Source: Octopus vulgaris
Taxonomy: Eukaryota
Direction: 5' to 3'
DNA length: 64,000 nucleotides
Assembly: GCA_951406725.2 (NCBI GenBank)
Contig: OX597815.1
Span: forward strand, 26,908,001 to 26,972,000
Shown here: in pieces, positions 38,330-52,000 of the stretch
How positions within the stretch are numbered: the first letter of the stretch is position 1
Layout of the letters: the number at the start of each line of letters is the position of its first letter
The notes under the pieces: model-generated
Databases searched by the model: none
Told to the model about the DNA's origin: nothing
The model's input: only the letters and a program-made list of their open reading frames with translations
Position numbers and translations under genes: made by a program

Positions 38330-38500
38330 TCTTTACTACCCACAAGGGGCTAAACACAGAGGGGACAAACAAGGACAGACAAAGGGATTAAGTCAATTAC
38401 ATCGACCCCAGTGCGTAACTGGTACTTAATTTACCGACCCCGAAAGGATGAAAGGCAAAGTCGACCTCAGCAGAATTTGAACTCGGAACGTAACGACAGA
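38330..38500 (-). mobile_element. SINE family C, 5'-truncated
   Basis: Reverse complement of the 63170-63401 copy (GCCTTTCATCCTTTCGGGGTCGGTAAATTAAGTACCAG). Confidence 0.8.
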
Positions 38501-38551
38501 CGTTAAACAATGATGATATTGTCAATAGATCATATATCCGAATAAGAAGCA

Positions 38552-38618
<67 letters not shown>

Positions 38619-38704
38619 CAGTAAGTCATAAATCCGAAAGAGAAGCACACTCTAAATTATGGAGCTGTAGAGTAATTAGATAAAGACAATTATGGCAAGT
38701 CAAT

Positions 38705-38765
38705 GGGGTTACCCAGGGTTTCATGCCCATAAAGCACTTGACTTTTCAGCGTCTCATCAGACCCT
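38705..38765 (-). ncRNA. Minimal type I hammerhead ribozyme motif
   Basis: 5'-AGGGU CUGAUGA [stem II GACGCUGAAAAG..CUUUAUGGGCAU] GAAA CCCUGGG UA|ACCCC-3'. Stem I GGGU/ACCC, intact core, palindromic stem III ACCC(U)GGGU, GUA cleavage triplet. Confidence 0.75.
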
Positions 38766-38772
38766 AAAGTTT

Positions 38773-38828
38773 AGGGTCTGACAAGACACTGTAAAGCACT
38801 TTATAGATGCGAAACCCTGGGTAACCCC
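38773..38828 (+). ncRNA. Mirror-copy hammerhead motif with G8A core mutation (probably inactive)
   Basis: AGGGU CUGACAA GACACUGUAAAG CA CUUUAUAGAUGC GAAA CCCUGGGUA ACCCC. Confidence 0.6.
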
Positions 38829-38873
38829 ATAGATTGGCTATGATTATCTTTATCTAATTAATATATGTGTGTG

Positions 38874-38922
<49 letters not shown>

Positions 38923-38992
38923 ATTGTCTACCAAATCCACTCAAAAGGCTTTGCTCAGCCCAAAACTAATGACTGCCAATTCACTGCTTTAA

Positions 38993-39579
38993 CCCTTTCG
39001 TTACCAACCCGGCTGAAACCGGCTCTGGTTCTGAGTACAAATGTCCTGTTTTCAAAAGTTTTGAATTAAAATCTTCCACCAAACGTTAGTCACAATTTAT
39101 GTTCCTAACACTTGCTGAATGATAACTTAGTTATTTTACTAAATTCTTTGTTATCATCATCATCGTCGTTTAGCGTCCGCTTTCCATGCTAGCATGGGTT
39201 GGATGGCTCAACTGGGGTCTGGGAAGCCAGAAGGCTGCACCAGGCCCAGTCTGATCTGGCAATGTTTCTATGGCTGGATGCCCTTCCTAACACCAACCAC
39301 TCCGTGAGTGTAGTGGGTGCTTTTTACGTGCCACCGGCACAGGTGCCAGATGGGGCTGGCAAACGGCCATGGTCGGATGGTGCTTTTTACGTGCCACCGG
39401 CATGGAGGCCAGGCGAGGCTGGCAAACGGCCACGATCGGATGGTGCTTTTTACGTGCCACCAGCATGGAGGCCAGGTGAGGCTGGCAACGGCCACGATCG
39501 GATGGCGGCACTGGCAACGGCCACATTAATAATTGAAAGAAACACAGAGCATCTCAAAATAAATACAGTAATGAAAGGG
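38993..39579. mobile_element. piggyBac-like MITE with a nested family B insertion (39152-39525)
   Basis: TTAA|CCCTTTCGTTAC ... GTAATGAAAGGG|TTAA. Degenerate relatives at ~32168-32399, ~37118-37670, ~53581-53808 and ~62798-63594. Confidence 0.85.
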
Positions 39580-39628
39580 TTAAACATGACAAGAGAAACT
39601 AAAACAGGAATAATACAGTTCTACTTAC

Positions 39629-39963
39629 CCACGAAAACAAATTCAATACAAAAAGTATGTATTTAAGAACCTTTGTCCGATATTTGTATTTCCGTTTTTT
39701 CTCCTCATACTTTGGATCTAAGCGACTACTACTTTTACGGACAGCCACAGAATTGTTTTCCACAACAGTAGTAATAGAGTTACTATCTACTATTGTAGCC
39801 ATAGAGTTTGTGATTGCAGATGTGGCCACTGAATTGTTCTCTATTGCATAAGAGGTACTGGGAATTTCTTCAATGCCTTCATCTGTACCTGAATCTTCAG
39901 GACTTGCTAAACTGCAGTGTGAATGGGCTGAGTAGCGATCCCGGGATGAAGAAGGATGTGTAT
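39629..39963 (-). CDS. TspanC8-type tetraspanin exon: long N-terminal cytoplasmic region and first half of TM1
   Basis: TTTCTTTATCTATTTTAG| 335 nt |GTAAGT. Open frame xTHPSSSRDRYSAHSHCSLASPEDSGTDEGIEEIPSTSYAIENNSVATSAITNSMATIVDSNSITTVVENNSVAVRKSSSRLDPKYEEKKRKYKYRTKVLKYILFVLNLFSW; KYxLFxxNxxxW is the tetraspanin TM1 signature. Joins the exon at 17455 in phase 0. Confidence 0.9.
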
Positions 39964-40849
39964 CTAAAATAGATAAAGAAAAATTATTTTAGAATGAAGA
40001 AGATTGTTTACAGAGAATAGCAAACAGTTGTTATTTTATTGCTGTTTAACCCAAGGCAATGCTGATTGAACGGCTCTAGACTGTGATGATCCCATTTTTA
40101 TTTTCTAGACACATGGTTTATCAGATATCAACTACAGATAGACAAGAGGTGTAGCGGAATCACAGTGAAGAGAAGATTGTATTTGTATGATGACGATGAT
40201 GATGATAATAGGCTTTCTATGAAGGGCTGTTTCTGTAAAACAAAGCTTCACCCTTGGAATTTAAACTGACTTCTTTCTCTCTTCCAACCAAACCTTCATG
40301 ACAAGTATTGGAAATAATTTGGTGAGTCATCTGAGCAGTTGCTGGACACCTGACCACGTCTTAAGTTGTATATCTCTGTTAAGCTATTAAAGGTCTGTCC
40401 CTCTCTCAACATGTTTATGCACACATTGCTTGTATTGAGTACACAGTATGTATTACAGGTATTGGGTCATTCTATTGGAGCCAAGGGAAATGAAAAGTAA
40501 TGGCAACCAAAGAAAGAATGAATGAATGATAGAAAGAAAGAGACAAAAGAATAAAGTAAAAAGAGAGAAAAGTGTAAAGTCAAAGAGGAAGAGAAAGAAG
40601 AAAGAAAAGCCAAGAGGAAGGAAGGAAACATATAAAAACAGAAAAAGATCCTTTCTAATTATCAATGAAGGGCTTTTAATAAAGCAACAACAACAACAAC
40701 AACAACAACAACAGCAGCAGCAGCAGCAGCAGCAAAAAGTCATTCAAAATAAAATAAAAAGAAGTGAAAGAGAAAAGAGGGAGACAAAAATAATTACTAA
40801 CTGGTTTAGAAAAAAATTAGTTAAATTCTTCCTATTTCACCTGTATAGT

Positions 40850-41502
40850 AAGTGTGTGTGTGCATGCATGGGAGATGCACATGTATGAATGCATGTGTGT
40901 GCATGATTGGGGTACATATGTATGAGTGCATGTGAGTGTCTGTGTGTGTGCACACGTGTGTGCATTCATGTGCATGTGTGCACATGCATACACATGTGTG
41001 CATGTGTGGAGTGCACGTGTATGAGTGCGTGTATGAGCATGTATGTGTGTATATATGTGTGCATGTGGGGGATGCACACATGTGCACATGTATGTGAATG
41101 TGTGGGGTGCACATGTGTGAGTGCATGTGTGTGCATGCATGCATGTAAATGTGTGTGCTTGCATGTTTATATATGTGTGTGCATGTGCACACATGTAGAG
41201 GTACACGTATATGAGTGCATGAATATGCATGTGTGTGTATGTGTGTGTGCACGTACATGTATGTGTGTGCACGTACATGTATGTGTGTGCACGTACATGT
41301 ATGTGTGTGCATGTGTGTGTGGATGCATGTGTATATATGTGTGTGTGCATGTGTGCATATGTATATGTGCATGCATATGTGTGTGTATGTGTGTGTGCAT
41401 GTATATGTATGTGTGTGCATTTGCATATGAGTGTGTGCATGTGTATATGTGTATTTGCATGCATGTGTGTGCATGAATGTGCATGCACATTTGCATGTGT
41501 GT
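40850..41502. repeat. Compound (TG)/(TGCA)/(TA) alternating purine-pyrimidine microsatellite
   Basis: ~650 bp of near-continuous RY alternation. Confidence 0.9.
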
Positions 41503-42194
41503 ATTTTAACCTGAATAGAAACCAATTGCAATCTTCTTCACTCTTTTGAAACACTTTCCATGTGGAAGATTTCTTCAGATTTTGGTTAACTTTAATTTAT
41601 TGATGGGGAGAAACCAGATTAATGTGGTTTGATGATAGAGATTGAATGGTAATGAGAACTTTTACTTCTTTAATATTTAAATGTATGTGTGTGTATGTGT
41701 GTATGTGTATTCATGTGTGTATGTGTGCAGTTTTAACTCTTCAAGTTGGTATGTATGTGGGTGTGCGTTTATGAGTATGCGTATAGATTTACTTTTTTTT
41801 ATGTTTGTATATATGTTTGGATCTGTGTGGGTATGTGCTTATATGCATGTGTGCATTTATATGTGTATGAGTTTGTGTGCAAAGCAATCCTTATTAAGAT
41901 TATTTTTTTTGGGTGTGTGCGCATATGTGTTTATACAAGTATTGTGTGTGTGTATGTGTGTGCTAGCATGTTGCATCTGTAAAGGCAATGAGTGGTGAGG
42001 GTTTGTGCTTTGACAAATATTATACATACGTTTGTACTATGTGTGTATGTATGCATGTGTTTGGAGGTAGTAATGCAGATAAACACAGTTGAGCATGTCA
42101 CACATAAACATATACATATATGTATCTGTGTATACACACACACACACACAATCACACACACACATGGACATATATATCTACATCTATTCTGAAA

Positions 42195-42236
<42 letters not shown>

Positions 42237-43468
42237 TATAGACATATATTTACATAGAGCACAAAAAATACAGAATACTATAAAGGAAATGTATAATGTC
42301 ATAACTCAATAGATGTTTCAGGAATCTATGAGTTACATAATAATTGTAATAGTCATAATTTGCAGATGGAATATACAAAAAGTATTGGGTATGCTACTAG
42401 TAAAAGTCATGGAAATATTACAATAAATTCATCTTCTCTCATTCAGAAAAGATTGGCAAATACAGTTCATATGGTAGTGCCAGAGATCTAAATGTTTGAA
42501 AACAGAGAGAGGAAGTAGGCCGAGAACAAAAGAGTACGAAGAAGGAGACATATATCTACAACTTAGAAGGAAGAATAGAGGTAGAAAAGGGGTGGAATGA
42601 ATGGAGGAAGAATAAAAGAAACAGGGAGAAGAGGAGAGAGGGTAAAGTTGAAGTCAATTTGGTGAAAAGAAATGTTACTGATGGTCAAGGGAATCTAACT
42701 AAGTGACAAAAAAATCAGTTAGGGATGGCAACTAACCAAACAGAAAGACTGGAAGAGATAAGCAATAAAGGAAAGGGGTGAGAAGGAAAGTATGTTGAGA
42801 TAGGGAGCAAATGGTCCAAGGAGAAGTGAGAAAGAAAATGCTGCTAGCCTAGCTAAGTAAAGAGCTTAGGGGAAATCATAAAGACATTACATAATGGGCA
42901 AATGTGGAGTAAAATTTGTGCTTACACAAGAAGATTACATCTGAGAACCTATTGGGAAACAAAATATTATAATAGCCAAGAATGGTGAGTGATTCTCTGC
43001 AGCTTAACTTACAAACATAGTGGCTAGTGTTCTACAAACCAGAGTATTCTGGGACTTGAGATGGTGTATATATGTAGCTTGGGAGGTAGAGAGTTTAGAG
43101 GTTCCATTTGAGAATGAATTCAGGGTGAGTTCAAGAGAAGTGCTTGAAATCATCAGTGCTGCCAATAGTGAATCCAGCCTGGTGGGAACATGGAAGTATT
43201 ACTCAGAATTTATATACAACATTATAGCATAAATAAAATCCATCTAATGGACATAGTTGGAAGACCCAACAGTGTTTGTGTGAATGTGTGTATGCATGTG
43301 TATACGTGTATGCATATGTATACGTGTATGCAGGCATGCATGCATGTATATCTGTTATGTATGTGTACTGTGCACACACTCGTGTATTAGTTTTATGTCT
43401 GCTTTGCTCTTGGGCTTGAATATGGGTGTATATGTGTCATTATGCTTTTATATGTATATGAATTTGTA

Positions 43469-43499
<31 letters not shown>

Positions 43500-44940
43500 T
43501 TATCAGAGAGGGAGAGAGAGAGATAACAAGGGATAACAAGAGACATAATGACAAAGATAAGAAATGAAAGCTAACAAGTGAAAGACAAAGAAAGGAAGGG
43601 AGAAAGTGCAGAAGAGAAAGTCTCTCATCCATGGCATTTACAAAACCTCCAAGACTGAGGCATGGATGGGGTTAAGAAACGCATAAGTCATCGGTTACTG
43701 CAGTTGGAAGTAGTATTTCAGATTAGTGAATTACACTAAAATAGGGGACAAGTTTAAGTGTTTGTAACACAATGGGCCTCCCTATAAACACCTTAGGGTC
43801 AGTTGTTGGTGTTAAACTAAGTGGATAAAGTCTACTATCAAAAACCAGTACAATCCACCAAACAGGCTTCTTGCAGTTTCCATTTAGATAGTTTCATTCG
43901 CAAACTTCAGTTGACTTGAGGTCAATTCAAAATGGACAAAGAGCACTTGGTTATGATGATGAAGGATGAAACCATTACTGATATGCAACTGGAGATGCAA
44001 CAATTACTGAAACAAGGCCTCCAGATTTTACACTATACAAGTGAAAGTTTGAAGGGAGTTGCATAGGAAGCTATTGTACATGCACAGTAGATGGAGAGTT
44101 TGGGTGTGGTATGGACTAACAGAAGAGGTGTGGGCTTTCTGCTTATGAAACTGTGGGTCAGTACACAAGGTTGGAAGGGCAGATGGGACTTGGGAGTAGA
44201 ATCTGTCAGGGAGAAAAGGAGGGCAAGGTCACAAAGATAGCACAGTTGGAATTTCAGTGTATATGGGTACAGTAGAACAAAGTGGATCAGAAATTCACTT
44301 TAGTAACAAATGTTGTCATCACCAGTGAAGTGTAAGAGATGGGGGGGGGGGATATGATTAATGTAAGTTGTACAAGTTCTGAAAGAAATCAAGGGGATTG
44401 CTGGAGTATGAGCTATCTTGCTGCTCAATCTCCTCTTGGCCTATACTTGGATGCACTGTCAAATACTTTGGCTGCTGGCTAAGGTTACCTGCAAGGTGAT
44501 GCAAATGAGGAAGGATGAGCAGAAGGATAATATAAAATTTGTGAAGATGAGGCAGAAAAGTGTATTCTCTTTTGGTAGAGCAAAGGCTGGGATATGTTAG
44601 TGGATGAGGAAAGAAAGCAGATGGTGCAAGCAGAATTGGTGAATATGGGCCTGATACCTGTGTCAAGGATGGCACATTGTATGATCAGCATGGTGTTGAC
44701 TGTGCCACAAGAAACAAGAATGACAGGAGTGAGAAAGAAGAAAGTGAGAAAGTTTGCAGAATTGGGGGAAGTGTGTAAAAGAAATGGATGGGGCTTCTGA
44801 GATGTGGATAGTAGAGGTTGTGTAAAGGGACTTTTCAGGGTTCACTACTAGAAGGGTGATTAAGAGTTTGATGGCCAAAACTTTATCAGAGAAAAAATTT
44901 GATCTTAATTGTTATATATAATTATATTATTTTGAGTATT

Positions 44941-45320
44941 ATCATCATCATCACCATCGTTTAACGTCTGTTTTCCATGCTGGCATGAGTTGGATGGTTT
45001 GACTGGGGACTGGCAAGCCAGGAGGCCGCATCAGGCTCCAATCTGATCCTGGCAATGTTTCTACAGCTGGATGTCCTTCCTAACGCCAACCACTCCGAGA
45101 GTGTAGTGGGTGCTTTTTATGTGCTACCAGCGCAGGAACCAGTTGGGGCGGTGAGGGCTGACATCAACCACATTCGGATGGTGCTTTTTACTTTCCACCA
45201 GCACAAGGAGCCAGTCAGGTGGCACTGGCAACAACCCACGCATGAATGGTGCTTATTGTGTGCAACCAGCACAGGAGTCAGTCAGGGCAGCACTGGCATC
45301 AACCATAACTACAATTTCCA
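44941..45320 (-). repeat. Family B retroposon copy
   Basis: (CAT)n plus conserved 3' end plus internal units. Further copies at ~46506-46664(-), 46985-47197(+), 48235-48463(+) and 49036-50330(-). Confidence 0.8.
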
Positions 45321-48300
45321 TTTGACTGTGATTTGATTTTTGATTTTGGAAATACTTGCTGTTTGTTTTATACTCATTAACAATATAATTGCTTTAATAA
45401 ATATAATGATGATTTACTTGATTTGTATTATAAAAGTTAGCATGTATAATTATCTTTGTTGTTTTAATGAGATTTGTTTGAAACAAATCTTTTAGAATAA
45501 TATATATAATCATATGATAAATTGCTAATAAAAATAGCATAAATTGTTTTGTTATGTAGTTATCTAGATTATTAAGTAAATACTGGTTAAAGGTTGGGAT
45601 GTAGTTGGGGGTGAGGTAGAAGGGAAGGGAGAGGTGAGACTTACGGGGACAGTATTGGTTAGTTTGTGTTGGATAGCAGAAGGTACAGAGCAGAGCAGCC
45701 TGCCCAGTGCAATTTCAGCCAGCCAGAGGGAAATGTTCAGTGCTTAAGTGCTTGAAACATCAATGAGGTCAGGTGTACTTGTTAAAGATTCTCCTCTGTT
45801 TGTAATGGAGGACTTTGCAGTCAATCTTCTACACTGTAAAAGAAATTTGCCTATGATGCAGCAGAGTGGACAGAATGCAGAAATCTTTGATTTCAAAGCA
45901 AATTATTTTTTAATCCTATGACCATGACAAAGAGAGACAAAGACAAAGAGAAAGAGAAACAGGAAAAGAGAGAGAGAGAGAGGTCTTTTGAAAGTAGACA
46001 GACCGTACGTACGTTGAGTTTATTTTTGTCTGTTTGCTGTTCTGCATACTTAATCTTAATGTGCATGTGTCTGTGTGTGTGCATGTGTGTGTGTGTGTGT
46101 GTATGGATATGCATGTGTTTGCCAGCAAATACATTCTACTTAATAGATCTATGTATTTTGAGACGGGAAGATGATTGAGACAGTGGAACAATTAATTTAA
46201 ATACTTTATCACAATAAATTTAATCCCACTTGGTCCAAAACCCAGATCCTAGTGTAATCCCCTTTGCCCTTATTTTTCTCATTTGAAAGTCAATAAGACT
46301 CGGATGTAAAAAATCGGATGTAAAAACGATAATGATGATGATGACTTCAACATAGGTTTTTAGGTGGTTTAGTATTCAAGGAGTTAAATCAGAGACCAAA
46401 TGTTATAAGTAAAATCATGGATGAGACATTATGTCTTCACAATATAAAGATGTCATGATGGATGGTCATCTAGAAAGCTGATGATTCAGTTAAATTCAAA
46501 TGAACCATCATCATCATCATCATCATCATCGTTTAACGTCCATTTTCCGCGCTAGCACGGGTTGGACGGTTCGACCGGGGTCTGGGAAACCAGGGGCTGC
46601 ACCAGGCTCCAGTTTGATCTGGCAGAGTTTCTACAGCTGGATGCCCTTCCTAACGCCAACCACTCATATCTGTATTATTCAAAGGCTCTTATTAGCAGAC
46701 TTCACACCTTCCCAAATACTTCACAAACACAAACTTTGTAGATCTTAAAAAAAAACCCTCCTATATTTAAAAATCTTACATAGTGTGAAGACATGAGATG
46801 GAGTGGTGAGAAAGGATCTACAAACATTGGAAACCACAGAGGGGACGACAAGGGACTGAAACTCCTGGCAGTTTGTTGTGCTTGGAAAGACATATCAAGC
46901 TAAGTAAAAGCATGATTGCCCTTCATACAGGCTCATCCCTTGCAATCCTCTTCAACAGAGCATCCCTAATCTCATGGGCTCATAAATGCTGGTGCCATGT
47001 AAAAAGCACCCATACCAGAACTGAGTAAAAGCACCCAGTACATTCTGTAAAGTGGTTGATGATAGAAAGGGCATCAAGGCGTAGAAATCATACTAAAACT
47101 GACAGGGAGCCTGACTAGCCCTTGGGCTAGTCAGCTCCTGTCAAACCGTCCAACCCATGACAGCATGGAAAACGGACGTTAAATGATGATGATGATGTAA
47201 GTATAGATGTGTGTATCTGTATACATGTGTATGAGTATACACGTTTTCTGTGACTTTGTAAGTGTGCGTCTATGCTTATATGTGTATGACTGTGTGAGTG
47301 CATGTGTGTGAAAAACTTTGACACAGCAGAAGATATGTTTATGTTTGTGTGTATATATTTTATATGCAGAGTTGCCATGTATCTCTTCTACAGTCAGACA
47401 CAAGTGTCCTGTTTCCCTGTAGAACTTTAATATCTGAAAAGGTGATATAAAGCAACCTCCCACTCAACTACACTCCCACTCAGTCAAGGGGGCTTTTTCT
47501 ATTTTATGAGTTACTTGGCAACCTCATTGGTATAGGCACCACAAAAAAAAATCACACCCAGTACACTCCGTAAAGGGATTAGCATTAGGGGGATTATCCA
47601 GCAGCAGAAACCATATCAAAGTAGAGACTGGCGCTTGATACTGTCATCTAGCATATTAGATCCTGTAGAATTATACAACTCACGCCAGCACAGAAGACAG
47701 ATTTTAAATGATGATAATGATGATGATGATGATGACGACAACAACGATGACGACGATGACGACGAAGACAATGACAACAACAACAACGACGATTTACATA
47801 GTATCGTTAATGTCATTTCCCTAATCCAACTTATTCAACCACCACAGCATTAAGTGTCTCTACTTGTATCATGTTTGTTTGATTAACTAAACTGCTTGGG
47901 AATCTGCTCAGGTATTTCTTAAAAGCTACTGACACCAGATAATATTTTTGCATCAACAATTTTGATGCAAAATAACACAAAAATCAATTCTTTTTATTTA
48001 GGTTTTTTTTAATGTTTTTTTTTTATTTATAAAACTGACAATTCTCTTATCATATGCTGAGTGAACTACAGATTATAATTTTTCAGCACACATGTATCTT
48101 CACTGTAATATTATTACACGATTCACAAATAAGGAAAATACAATAAAAAATACAGTTATATTCATCAATACATAACATCACAATTCATTTGGTGGCTACA
48201 ACAGTAGAAAATACACTTATATACACTTATATACTACACTTTCAGAGTGGTTGGCATTAGAAAGGGCATCCAGCTGTAGAAACTCTGCCAGATCAGATTG

Positions 48301-48984
48301 GAGCCTGGTGCAGCCATCTGGTTCGCCAGATCTCAATTAAATCGTCCAACCCATGCTAGCATGGAAAGCGGACGTTAAACAATCCTTAAATCCTTAAAAA
48401 TGTTTTAGCCCGAAGGCCGCGGACATGCTGGGGCACCACCGCTGAAATGATGATGATGGTGATACAAATAACCACATATTCTTTCACAAGGTTTAGTAAT
48501 TGACCTACAACCATACTGGTTTCAAGGACATTTTGTCGCTCATATCAAAGTTTATCATAGGTGGTGGGGCTGAGAGAACTGAAAGGGGAGAGGGGCAGAT
48601 GAATTGTCATGTTTAAAAACAATAAAATGAATTCCGATGTTTTAAGCCAGTCCAACACCATAGGAAGCAAAGAAGAATTATAGATGTAAACTCTACTTTG
48701 TTTTCTCATTAGGAAAAGTGCCAGGAGAGGTGCCAAGAAATTTCGCCAATATCATATTTTTTTGTCAGGGTAGTGGGAGTGGTGTTGCTGGTGTTTGTCT
48801 GTTTGAGAACTGCTGACTTATATCAACCATCGTACTTTGTTTAGTGTTTGTTTTATTGACCTTGGTACGGAGGTGGAAGTAGAGTCAACTTAGGTATCAA
48901 AGCACATTGTCAAATACTACAAGGAATTTTTACTTCATGGACTGATTTTGAAATTTCGCACGGATAGATGTACACACACACACA

Positions 48985-49028
<44 letters not shown>

Positions 49029-52000
49029 TGACCCTCATCATTATCATTTAATGTCCATGTCACATGCTTGCAAGGGTTGGACAGATTGATGGAATCTGAT
49101 GAGCTGGAAGACTGCATCATACTCCAGTGTCTGCTTGTTATGTTTTCTATGACTGGATGCCCTTCTAAATGCCAACCACTTTACAGAATGTACTGGGTGC
49201 TTTTTGCATGGCACCAGCACTAGTGAGGTTGCCAAGTAACATGCAAGGCAAATGATTTTTCTCAACTGAATAGGAGTATCGTAGAGAGGGAGGTAGCTTT
49301 ATGCTAGATGTTGCAAGATTAAAGTATGATGGAAAGGATATGAAGAGGTGTCTCGCTATTGTGGTAGCTATGTATCTAAAGGTTATCTCACATTTTATAA
49401 GGATGGGTGACATGCAACGAAATCAAACTGGAAAAGATAAAAATGGTGGTCATGAGAAGCTTAAGTATGCCCTCAAGGTATAAGAAGGTGAATAGAAGAG
49501 GGTGTTAGGACAGAAGATGAGAAAGGATGAGTGGTAGAGGTTGCAAGCATGGAGGGAGTGAAAGATTATTAGAAATAGGGGTATGGGTAAATACAGCATA
49601 GGGCGAACAAGAGTGAAGGGGTAATTGAAAGTTAATACGAGTTGAAGGGAAGGTAAGGGAGAGGAGGCAGTGACTGCCAGTACAGAAGATGTGAAGAATA
49701 TCAGAATAATAATAATGCAATAAAAAGGGGAAGGATAAGAGATTAAGAGATGATATAACAGTGAAGCTTGAAAGGAGTGTGTGAGGTGAGTGAGAAGCAT
49801 GTTGTGAAAGGGATTGAGATAGTCAAAGGTACATAGTGGTAAATTAATAAGAAGTGGTTCAGAGAAGAGGGAGAGGTAACTGGTAGCACAGAAAGCGCGA
49901 TCAATAGAAAATATGAATGAAGAGGAATGATGTTAAGAATGAGGGATGGGTGTCAAAAGAAAGTGGTTCTGGAGTAAGGGAGAGATAATTAGTAATGTTG
50001 AAGAGGATGATGAAATATGTAGTTCTGCTTTCATTTAATTACAGAAAGGACAGTAGTTTGGAGATTGATGGAGGGTTGAGTGTTAAAGAGAATTGGAGGG
50101 TTGGGAGAGCTTTTCAGAGACAAATTAGTTGGGGGGACTAGTATTGTGTATACACATTATGCTTCCAGAATCTCAGTTTTATTATGATGAGTGGGTCTTC
50201 TTGAGCAATGCATTGCCTGTCATCAAAGTACTTTCTCATTTCCATGCTGCTTGAAACCCTAAGATCAGCCTTCACTGATTCATTCCTTGTTTTCCTGAGC
50301 ACCCCCCCACTTCCTCAAGCTTCATCCACATCAAGTGAACAGCTTCTTTATGTAGCTTCTGTAAGTTTCCATGCACCGAATCCATTCACAAGGCTTTGGT
50401 CAGTCAGGGGCTATAGTAGAAGACACTTGTCCAAGGTGCATCTTACCTGCACAGCCACACTGCATCACTGTACTATTTATTCTCCCCAGCAATGAAAGAA
50501 AATTTGGCCTCAGTAGAAATTTGAACTCAGGACACTGAGTTAACAAGATTCATATTGTAGTGCCTACTGCCAGGTAATACTAGCCTCTTACACCACATTT
50601 GAGTGAAAAAAATATTTTGAATATGAAAACAAATAAATATATAAATAAATAAGGAAAATTCCAATAACTAAAATGTAAATGTTTTTAAAATAATAATTAA
50701 ATTTAATAATGGACTAAAAACCTTTTATGCTTCTTTAATTAGAAAGTCGATACTCTTTAAATGGCTATTAAAAAATACATAAAATGAAAGATGTATAAAA
50801 ATGAAGAGACATGATGTATATACTCTGTAATTTCAGACAATTTTGCTTATCAACTTAACTGTATCTGCGTGTTCTTAAAAATAATGCTAAACAGGGAGTG
50901 GGTTTTATTTATTTATTATTTTTTTTTTTTACCTTTTGCTTACATTAACCTTTTACAAGTGACAGTATACATTGAGGAAACAAGCAGAGGGAATAGGAAG
51001 ATCTTTTATATACAAATATATAAATAGCTGCTTTTCACTTAAAACAATCTAACAACCTTTTCGAAAACATATCGTTGTTTCCAACCTAATACCATAAAAC
51101 ATCGAACTCCCTGGTGTCATATCATGTTGAAAGACTGTATCTTTCACAAGCATCCATTTATCAATAACTAAAAGGGTCATGATAATAAACAAGAAGCCAA
51201 GGAAAAAGAAACTATCTCTGGGGAAGAATATCACATGTTTGGTGATATTTGGATTGCCATCAAATATTCTTTCTTTCTTAGCTCCAGGCCTCTTCCTATC
51301 AGCAATGTCTGTGACTAATTGATGACTTAGACTAGTTAATAACAAGCTATGAAATAACCGGCGACTGGAAAATCAGATGATTGAATATCAACACATGAAA
51401 TACCAGAGAACTTCTAATTAGAATAAATATTGATTTGCATATATCAAACCCTGTGATATTAATGACAACATCTGATAATAACTGCAGCTTGGGTATATAT
51501 ATAAAACAAACTGTTGGGAGTGTCAACATGATGGAGTCAATATGTTGACAATGATGATGATGATGATGATGATGACGATGATGATGATGATGATGATGAT
51601 AGCGACAGCAACAACAATGACAACAACGATGCCAATGATGAAATTGTTATTCGCAGCAGTGGCAGTGGGGATGGTGGGGGGTGAGGTAGCAGCAGCAGTG
51701 GCAGTGGTGGGGGGAGATGGAGGAGATGGTGGTGGCGGCGGCGGTGGTGTTGATGATGCTATCAGCAGGGTGGGGGGGTTGTTCACAGTGACATTCTAGT
51801 TGTGCTCAGCAAAAATATCCAGATGACAACTTCGCTTATAAAGCATTTTTTTTCTTTCCCCTCCACTAAATAAATTCAGCTCAACACACGTGTCTCCGAC
51901 ACCTAAAGCTGTGAAATGCACCTCCTCTTGGCATCAGTTATACAAAAAGGAAAACAAGATTAGTATTTCAAACATTTCGATCCGCTTTACATTTATTGTT

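Noticed and set aside
40821-41554. His/Thr/Cys-rich ORFs with apparent minus-strand splice sites
   Set aside because: Compound (CA)/(TGCA) microsatellite that is open in several frames by composition.
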